DNA from: the human T2T-CHM13v2.0 reference genome, Homo sapiens
Reading direction: 5' to 3' (one strand)
Length of the DNA stretch: 64,000 nucleotides
Assembly: GCF_009914755.1 (NCBI RefSeq)
Contig: NC_060931.1
The position numbers and the translations under genes were made by a program. Positions 54,644 to 64,000 of this stretch are shown here, piece after piece (positions within the stretch are counted from its first letter, which is position 1; each line of letters starts with the position of its first letter). Below the pieces are notes generated by a model, which saw only the letters and a list, made by a program, of their open reading frames with translations, did no database searches and had not been told where the DNA came from.

Positions 54644-56269
54644 CATAGGAGATTACATCTCCTCCTTGAAAGATTCAGTTACAGTAATTGGTTCTGCAAT
54701 GAACATTTCCATAGATTTAACACTGTTTATTATTTTCAAATCTCCAGAATGAACCTATAAACAATATATAAAAGAAGCTGTTATCAATTCTGACACTGTA
54801 AAAGCACTAAGACAGCTGGAAGCAGTTGGGATATAGGGGTGTAGGAGAGAAGGGGTGTCAAGGGATCAGTTCTCATAGTCAATTATCAAGAGATACTTGA
54901 AGTTTTGGAAAAAGTTTGAGTAAATGATTTCAAGCTATAATGACAGCCAAGAAAAGAACGAAAACTAATGCACATTACAAATTTTTTCGCCAATGAAATA
55001 AGAGTAAAGGGGAAATGGCATAAATAAGCTCAATTTATCTTTCATGGTTGGAGTTAATATTATTTTAATTTGATAAATAAGAAAATGGAGCTAAGGTATT
55101 CTATTTACCATGGTGGTAGCCACCAGTGAACTAAAATTTGAAATAACTTGTTAAAATTTCAAATGCTTCCTTTAGAGGTTGTGAACTTGAACATCCTCAG
55201 AGACTGGCAGGTATTGTAAATGAAAGAAGTCACCTGTGAGAAGATGCTGTAGCAAAGGGACTGAGGCTGCCATTTTAACTTCCAGCAATTTTTGTCAACC
55301 AAGAAGCAATTCATGTTGTCAGATGTTCTCACTGTGCAAGAGATTTTTGAGTGCTCTTCAGATTTTGCTCATCAGGGACTACTTTAAGAAATGCTTCAAG
55401 AATCAACATTTTATGAGACAAACAAGATGTGCCTCTAGGCCGCAGCTTGCTTATGGACAACCAGTTTTCCACCCAGGTAGCATAAACAATCTTGTTCTAT
55501 AACCAAGACCTGAAAGTCTCAAAGTAGGTCATAGTCCCCCATTTACTCAGAATTTGAAACATGTCGCAGCCATAAACGTAGAGGTTTAACATAACGAGAT
55601 CAGGAAGGATACTTATCATATGCTGATCAAGGAAGAAGGTAACTTTTCAAGTGTCTCTCTGCACCTCAATTTTCTGATTCTTAAAGTGAATGATAGCTGA
55701 TTTGTTTATTTCTAGAGTTTTTTGAAGTGCAAGTCAGAAAATATATATTTAAATTACCAAAAGCTATAAGAATATAAGACTGTATCTTTGTGATAACTTA
55801 CTCCCTCCCCCCTCCACCAGAGAAGAATGTAAGTTCCTAGGTGGTGGATAATATTTCTTAAGTTTTTGCCTCCAAAATGGAATGAAATGCCTTGAGAATA
55901 ACAGATGGTTAATAATGAAATGGTGACTTGTTGCTTTTACCACAAAAAGTTTTGTTATTTTATTCTACACTTTTAAAAAACAGAACACATTGCTCAGCTG
56001 TTTTCTATCTTATGATCATACCTCTTTGGCACAAAACAACAAAACTACTGCATCAATTAAAATATTTTAGAAAGGGCAATGAATGCCTAGTGGTTGGTGT
56101 TTCCTCGGGTGTAGTATAGAGGTAAAAACACCAGTGACAATACATCATATTGTCCTTGAGAAGAGAAAAGAGAATGCTTGGTCTGGGATTTCTAAAAGGC
56201 TATGGTCTGCAGTGGAAAGGGGCCTCCACTGGGACTCAGAAAAGCACTCTTCCAAGGCCAGTTCTTTCC

Positions 56270-56365
56270 CCTGCCAGTTGTGAGACCTGGAGCAGGTCAC
56301 TCTCCACTCTAAGCTTGACTTCTACATCTCTAAGGTTAGACTAGGTGATTCAGTTCTGAAATTCT
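56270..56365 (+). mobile_element. MIR/MIR3 fragment
   Basis: AGTTGTGAGACCTGGAGCAGGTCACT resembles the MIR core. Confidence 0.45.
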
Positions 56366-56368
56366 TTT

Positions 56369-56677
56369 TAAAATTTTTTTAATCTTTTTTTGTGAGAATC
56401 AGTCTCACTCTATCGTCCAGGCTGGAGTGCAGTGGTGCGATGTCGGCTCACTTCGGATTCTGCCTCCCTGGTTCAAGGAATTCTCCTGCCTCAGCCTCCT
56501 GAGTAGCTGGGATTACAGGCAACTGCCACCATGCCCTACTAATTTTTGTATTTTTACTAGACGCAGGGTTTCACCAAGTTGGCCAGGCTGGTCTCAAACT
56601 CCTGACTTCAAGTGACCCACCCCCGCTTCAGCCTCCCAAAGTGCTGGGATTACAGGCGTGAGCCACCGCGCCTGGCC
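56369..56677 (-). mobile_element. AluS-type element
   Basis: Antisense dimer; TSD TGAAATTCT(T/A)TT at 56357-56368 and 56678-56689. Confidence 0.96.
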
Positions 56678-56755
56678 TGAAATTCTATTACTGACTTTCA
56701 AATGTAACTATATTGAAATGAAGCAAGCTGAAAAGAAAAATGAAAGCATGGATTT

Positions 56756-56830
56756 AGAAAAAGGAAAAGAAAAAGAAAGAAGGAAGGAAGGAAGGGAGGG
56801 GAAGAGAGGGAGGGAGGAGGAGGGAGGAAA
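56756..56830. repeat. Polypurine (GA-rich) tract
   Basis: About 75 nt of only A and G. Confidence 0.95.
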
Positions 56831-59800
56831 TAATTTTCACTGTGTTCCAAAATGAAGAGGGTCTAAGCCATGATTGCAAGAAAATAAAATTAAAATGAAT
56901 TATCTCTTTTCATATTCCTTTAGATTCAAGAGAGCATAGGAGTTCCAATAGATAGGCACATGAAAAAAATACAATTTACTTTCTGGATATTTTTAGATTA
57001 GGAAAGGCATTTTATTTCTCAAGGAAAATGGACATTAAACATTACATTGCCCTAATTTCAAAACTATGTGCCAAGAAGGTTAGAGCTGCAAAGGGCAGGG
57101 GTTGGGGATGGCTAACACTGGCATGGCAACAGAAACAATCCAGACCGAGGAGGGAAGCAGTCATCTTTATGTAACTTGATAACCCTTGATTCCTCAGGTA
57201 CCTAATCTAACCAAGGAGACCAAGTATTAAAGAATGGTAAGATGTTAAGTATTTACCAAGTTCCACAATTCTACCATCACTATCAAAAGCATTTACGTTC
57301 GAAAGTACTGTTTCTGTGTTAACTCTTTACATTATCGTTATTTCCTAAGAAGATAAAGCTGTGTTTTAAATTCTCACACTTGATCTTGATTTCAAGAAGC
57401 AACGTGGAAAGCAATGCATTTAAAGTGGAATTTCTAGCAAGAGAATGCTGGGACTACAACTCTATCTCTATCTCTTTCAAAATTACACTTGAAGTTGGAC
57501 AAAGTGATTTTTTTTTCTAGAGCACAGAGGTGAATTCCATAGAGCATCCCATATCCAAGAATAATGTACGGATAATAAACTGGGGTAGTGGGGAGTGGTG
57601 GAAGATTACAAAATCTGTAGATACAGGGAGGAAAAGTGTGAAGGAAAGTGCAGGAAGAGACAGAGTAGATTACAATGGCTGCTCTGTAGAACCATCTTTA
57701 AGGAAGAATTAAATTTTTCACCCCATCTTTATTTTGTTGGAAATTCATTCACTCTTCAGTCTATACTGAAATTGATCACTTGCCTAGCAATATGTTGAGA
57801 AAGGCTATATTGGTCTTGAACAGACCTAAATGTATATATGAGAAAAAAAATATATTAGCTATGACTTTCTTGTTAAGCTGCCAAGAACTCACCAGGGCTT
57901 TTAAAATGTCATTGCCTGGTTTTCTACTTACCTCCTGAGACTCTTTAGTGTGGTGAGGAAGGAATATGCTGTCTCACGTTTATCTTACCTGACTCTATTC
58001 AACCACAGTGAGGTCTAAAACATCTGAAAAGAAATGGCGAGTCCCAGTTGAACATTCTAGTAACTTAAGTGGCACTGGAGAAGGCAAAAGAATCATAGAA
58101 AATAGAGAGGTGGCATTCCTTTTTTCCAGTGGATACAGTGAACTTCAATAGTTTCAATAAATAGTATTTAAACATTTTTCATCTGGATAATATTTACATA
58201 CAGACTTGGCATCCTATAAAATAACATTTAATTAAAATATCTTTATTGGACACAATCCATACATTTTAAATCAAACAAAATATAAATCATTGCTGCTACA
58301 CGTGTATGGTTCTGGGTACATGTAATAGCAATGAGCTGGGATAAAAGGTATCAGTTGCAAGAACATTGAGATAATAAATTTATTAACAAAAAGAAAAAAG
58401 ATATTGGAATGTGTCATATGGTATAACAAATAGAAAGAGTAAATAAATATTTTACTACACACTGACCATCAAACCTATTATTAAGCTGTATTTAACCACA
58501 TCCTCTTATGTTGTTATTTTTCAGGCACAGCAATTCTTTGGAATCCTATTTGATGTGCTTGCCTATAACATTTGACCACACTTACGGCACAAGTGTAAAA
58601 TCAATTTTCTGTTCTCCCATTTATCTCTGTACTGATGTTAGTTGGCTCTCTAATGGAATGACTCTTCTGGAGAGGTAGTTATTTTACTCAGAGTGGCATT
58701 TCAGAAGGCTTAAATGGGCTGAAGAGATGGCATGTGACCTTTAGGAATATTTTTGTTCTACATTTCTTTGAAAAATAACTGTTTAACCCTGTGTATGTTA
58801 TTACATCGCTGACGCCTCTTTTGTTCCTCTTCCTATTCACTGTAAGAAAGTTTGGCTTTCCTTACGTCAGAACAATGCTGGACACTTTAGTGCCTGTAAA
58901 ATTTAATACTTGTGTCATTTTTGAAAGGAATTAAACAATGTGTATCATCCAACTTCCTGATAAAACTTTAAGTACAATATCATGTCCTTACTTTATGATA
59001 ACCTTTTACATTGAATATACTAATATTAAATAAGCTACATAAAATGAACATCATTTTTAAATGTCTTATTTCAGCTCATCTACTTTTGAGGACTTGTCCA
59101 TTTATTATGTTATTTTAAAAAATAAGACTTTTAGTTTTCTCTGTAGTTTAAAAGTTCATGTATTTTCACCTCTTTAAGAATTTATATTTTCTTTATCATA
59201 TACATATCTATTTCATTTTATTTTCGATTGAATATTATTTATAAAATCTGAAGGCATAGTGTGTTACTCTGATTTACTTGTTTAGTTTTTTAAATTTTGA
59301 GATATTAAATATTAAATTTAGTAGTATTTTTCAGTTGGGTTTCTTTATAACACATTAACTTTTTTAAAAAAAAAATCACTGTATACATTGACAAAAATTC
59401 TCTTCTAGCAGATGTAATCACTGAAGATTTTTATTTTCAGTACAAGCAACTACTCTTTCTAAATCCCACTTTATTACCCCAAAAGACAACTTTGAAAAAA
59501 AAAAAACTTCTTCATGTGGGGGAGGGAGTCTTAGTATCAAATGTTAAAATCAGGCAGCATAGATTTCAGTGTGTTCATTAGGAATAACAATAGCTTACTT
59601 CCATCTTTAAATGTGAATAACTCCTGATGACAGACGGCATGGGAAACGTTCTTGACAATGGAAAAGCAAATGTATTTGTCAAATCTTTCTTTTGTGCTCT
59701 TTTAGGAAGGCTTCATATGTACTTTAAGGTCATGCTGCTTCTTTAGTAATAATGGCAAAATAGCCACAATATTATTTACTAAGCATACACTTTGTTCATT

Positions 59801-60435
59801 GAATACCCTTGTTTGTATTCTATATTTATTGATCACAAACCTACTTTACTAATCAATGGGAAGAGGTAACTCCTTTCCCTGGGGAGTTATTGGGACTCAG
59901 TATACCACAATATGGATGCTCTGCCTCTATCACCATCTCATCCCTGAGTCGAGACATTTCATACAGATGAAAGTTTACCAAAACCCTCAAGACTTCCCTG
60001 CATGAGAAAAAAAAATGAACCATGTGGGGAAACCTACTTCAGACGATGGAAAGGCAAGAGGTTGTTAACATAGGGACAGGCAGATAAACTTGTAGTCCTG
60101 TGTCCTGAATTTCTCCTTTCCCTTTGCCTACTTCTGATAAGATCAAACTCACTATCTTAAAACTTAGAGAATTTTACTTTGCTTTTAAGGGAGTCTTTTC
60201 AAGTGGTGACCAGTAGTGGGATCAATCCACTAAGACTAGCCACTAGTGGGAGATCATCCTAATGGTGGTAGTCATATTCAACAGATCGTCAAGGGTGGTA
60301 AACCCTAGGAACCCAGATTTGGGAATTGATGTTGGTCAAATATAGTGGTATATTTTATTATAGCAACATTCAACATGAAAGATATATGTGAGAAAAAAAA
60401 AACATGCCTTGCATTACTGAGATATTCTACTAATG

Positions 60436-60554
60436 GTTTGGGGTTTTTTGTTGTTGTTGGGTTTTGTTTTGTTTTGTTTGTATATACATTGTGAAACTGA
60501 TTTTCTTTCTTTTCCTTTTTTTTTTGTTTTGTTTTGTTTTGTTTGTTTGTTTTT
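60436..60554. repeat. T-rich (GTT/GTTT/GTTTT)n low-complexity region
   Basis: Direct read. Confidence 0.85.
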
Positions 60555-61291
60555 AGCAAATGGCATTTATCCTTTGCTTCCCTTCTCACCTTTATCCTGG
60601 CTCCTAAAGCAAAGCAGATTTCCATAGTCCCATTTCCTAAATGTGTGACCTAAAGTAATTTTTCATACTGTGTTGAAGCAAGAAATGACTATCTATACTG
60701 CAGCTTTTAGTTAAATTAAGACAATGGATTTGAAAATAACTCACTGATGCCTCTAATTCACCACCTGCCCCTATTCTGAGTCATGTTTGCGTTATTTGAG
60801 TATCAACTAAATTCTAAAGTCAATAGTTACTTAATGCTTTGAATGGCAAAACATGGACTCACTTCAAGTATCTAAGTTTTCATTTGTCTAGGTTATTTAC
60901 AAATCAATACTATATAAAATAGTTTATAAAGTACTTGAGAAATTTCATTTATGAAATGCTACTTTGACTTATCCAGGTTTTTCTGTAATCTTCAGATTTC
61001 TAGATGTCAGAGTTCTACAAAAGTGTTTCTAAATAGTTTTGCCCAATCACTAAGCAGAATAGTGCTCATAACTGCATTTGGAAGAAAAGAAGTACTTTGA
61101 GAACTGTAATAATAATTAACGTGACTTTACTAAAAATCATCAGCATATTCATTCATGAAGGAACTGTAGTAACATTAAAATACAAATACTAAATATTAAA
61201 CTTAAAGATTTTAAAATGTTCATGGCCAGGAAGCAAATATTTATAATACATTGCACTGCTGGTGTTAGAATATTATTAGGATTTAAAGAAG

Positions 61292-61593
61292 TTTTTTTGT
61301 TTGTTTGTTTTGATATATAGGGTCTTGCTCTGTCACCCAGGCTGAAGTGCAGTGGCACGATCTCAGCTCACTGCAACCTCCCCTCCTGGGCTCAAGTGAT
61401 TCTTGTGCTTCAACCTCCTGAGTAGCTGGGATTACAGACGTGCACCACCACACCTGGCTAGTTTTTGTATTTGTAGTAGAGACGGGGTTTTGCCATGTTG
61501 CCAGGCCAGTCTCAAACTCCTGAGGTCAAGCCATCTGCTCACCTCGGCCTCCTAACGTGCTGGGATTACAGGCGTGAGCCACAGCACCTGGCC
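61292..61593 (-). mobile_element. Alu (AluJ or old AluS)
   Basis: (TTTG)n tail, antisense dimer, CpG-decayed. Confidence 0.95.
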
Positions 61594-63009
61594 AAATAGA
61601 TTCTTATGATAACAATTTCACTTTACTACTTCTAATTAACACAAGTGTTTTTTCAGGTTTTCAGCCATTTTACCTGTGGTCCATCTGAGTGAAAAGAGAA
61701 TAGCACATGATGGGTTCCACCATTTTGATGGTATTATTAGAAGTGAGGACAGGGACACTGCCTGCTGCATTGAATGCTTCGTTCTCAGCTCTCAGAAGAG
61801 CACCTCACACACAGCAAAACACTCTATTTTATTACAGTCACTAAATAACTTAACAAGAAATCTGAAATGAGCCACTAAGCCATGCTTTCTCTTTGGTAAT
61901 AATGGTAAAAGATATTGGACAAATTAGGCTGTCTCTGATTCAACCTGATAGAAAAATCGTGGCCTCATTTAAAGATTGCAGTTTTTTTCTTTATTCAAAT
62001 TTTATTATATAAGACTTAGAATAAAGAACTGTTTTCAATTATAGAGCGTGCCTGCGGAGAAAAAAATAAACCTCTGAGGACCAGTATCTTCTCCTCAGAA
62101 TTATTTTATATACTACCCAAAACATTCCTCAGAGACATGCAAATACTTGTTAACAACTTGTCACACACTTTTATTTTGGAGCAATGCTTTTAAATATAAA
62201 AGGATCACAGATATTATCTGACCTACCTTTCTTTTTTTCCTTCTTTTTATAGTATTCTAAAATATGTGAAAATGTCATTTGGCCAAAGTTGTATTTCCCG
62301 TCTCATTTTTGTTTTTTATATAACGTAGCTCTCATGAAGCAAATAAGCCCTGCACAGAAAATGGAAAAGTGCTTATCAGTTTAACCAAAGCACAATCCTT
62401 GATCTGTAAAGTCAGAGACACATCTCTTTTCATTATAATACAGAGGAAGTCAAGCCTTTACATCACGCGAAACTTGAGTTTCTGCTTGTGTAGTTGCTGG
62501 AAATCTAAGAAGCCGATGACAGAGCAATGCTCCCAGATATATTGAGCTTTGGATCGTTACACTAAACTTGTTTATTGTATCAGTATAACCTCTTCACTTC
62601 TCGTTTTGCTCTTTGTTTTCTTTTTACAAAGAGTATTCAATTGAATCAGAAAGGTACTTATTAGATACCACATTTAAACTGCTTAGGAATCAAAGCAGTA
62701 GTTTAATATTCAAATATTTACATTTAGATGCAATAATATGAGCATTTAAGCCAAGTCAAATTTTCAAGGCCCTGATATACAATACTTTTATTAAAAGGCT
62801 ATTGTTTTAGATGCCTTACAGTAAACTTCAAATATGTGCTGTGATATTTTCTATTTATTGGACCAAAAAAGCTTTTTGTAGTAGACAGAGTTAATATTCT
62901 AAATATTCTTTAAGTGTCTATGTTGTCATAAACCTCAAAAAATGCTTTTTTACTAGAGCTTTCTAGTACAGGGAAAGACTCCAGTATTTGGAACGTCTCC
63001 ATATGGAAG

Positions 63010-63036
63010 ACACACACACACATACACACACACACA
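63010..63036. repeat. Interrupted (CA)n microsatellite
   Basis: Direct read. Confidence 0.9.
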
Positions 63037-63607
63037 GTATAAGGACAAATCAGACTGAAAGTGCAAAAGTAACTCCATGAGATTTTCCTATATCCCCTTA
63101 ATTCACAAGGTGAAAAATTTGTTTTTGTAAGTTTTGAAGCAAGATGGGTAGGGAAAGAATGGTTGTTTCTCTGCATTTAGTCTTTGGAGCAAACATCAAA
63201 AGTTCAAAGGCAGCTGTATACAGGGTAATACTTCGATGATTATATTCAGCACAAAATTTGTTTAGCGAACAAAGGTTTGATAGGCTGAGTTTTTCAATTT
63301 TGCTGGATGGTTAACAAAGTTCTCTGAAGGGATTTCTTTTTGTAAAAGGTTGAAAATATAAACTTGTCCCTTGGGGCTTCAGAAATAGATCACTTCACAT
63401 TCATAGTTTTTAGGAAAGGGCACTTTTCACACTCTGATCTTTTGATGCATCAGAGGATGGTTAGAATTTTTTTCCTTAAAAAGGCTGCTATAATTATAAT
63501 TTCACCTTTTAGCTTATGCACCTGGATTCTAATTTCTAAGTCTTCCTGTGTACACATTCTTAAGATAGAGATATAATTGATTTTTCTAGATGACTATCTA
63601 GTGTGGA

Positions 63608-63803
63608 CCTGGGCTTTTCAGCCTTGTCGCTATTGACATTTTGGGTCAGATAATTCTTTTCATGGGGTGCTGGCCTGTGCATTGCAAAAATGTTTATCAG
63701 CATACCTGGCCTCTACCCATTAGATGCCAGTAGCAATACCCCCACCTCAATTGTGACAACCAAAAATATCACTAGACGGGGCCAAAATTTCTAATAAATC
63801 ATG
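63608..63803 (-). mobile_element. MER20 hAT-Charlie DNA transposon
   Basis: CTATTGACATTTTGGGTCAGATAATTC and CCTGGCCTCTACCCATTAGATGCCAGTAGC match antisense MER20. Confidence 0.88.
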
Positions 63804-64000
63804 GATTGAAGCAGATATCAGAAGACTATTTTTAACACTGATTGGCTGTGTAACATCAGATGGAATTTGGAGACATGACTCTGTTGGATGATGAATTAGA
63901 GTACATCTTCAAATTACCCAGATTTGTTTTATAGCTTTGCTATTAAATATATTGATTTGTTTTTATTAATTGTATTAATGTGTTCTTTGATGAAAGATAC

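Noticed and set aside
55400-55480. Possible hAT transposon end
   Set aside because: Too degraded to assign by eye.
56756-56830. Polypurine tract with triplex potential
   Set aside because: Common low-complexity feature with nothing specific.
58505-61660. Splice-acceptor-like motifs (TTTTTCAG/G at ~58524 and ~61656)
   Set aside because: Common by chance in T-rich DNA, with no convincing exon or ORF; lncRNA exons or an intronic location cannot be excluded without RNA data.

Overview
AT-rich, CpG-poor primate DNA, probably human or another hominid (Alu, L1PA, THE1, MER4 and MIR/L2 are present, including an AluYe-like monomer). No host protein-coding gene or RNA gene can be supported; every informative ORF in the track is a broken L1, MaLR or Alu fragment. 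Positions ~2.7-35.7 kb are an almost continuous nest of LINE-1s (L1PA15/16-, L1MA2/3-, L1PA8-, L1PB1-, L1PA6- and L1MA5/6-like) with LTR and Alu insertions. Positions ~36-64 kb are unique sequence with scattered Alu, MIR, L2, old L1, MaLR, MER4 and hAT elements. The most notable result is a complex rearrangement reconstructed from target-site duplications (TSDs). An ~890 bp piece holding the 3' end of the L1PA8 and the ORF1 start of its L1PB1 host now sits inverted inside a THE1 element about 6.5 kb away, with an 11-bp duplication and a fold-back hairpin at the junction, and its original location is deleted. Several other template-switch-like scars, an internally deleted TSD-flanked L1MA and a trimeric chimeric Alu are also visible. 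I find no evidence of a novel gene-level system. Subfamily names come from remembered consensus motifs and need RepeatMasker/Dfam confirmation.
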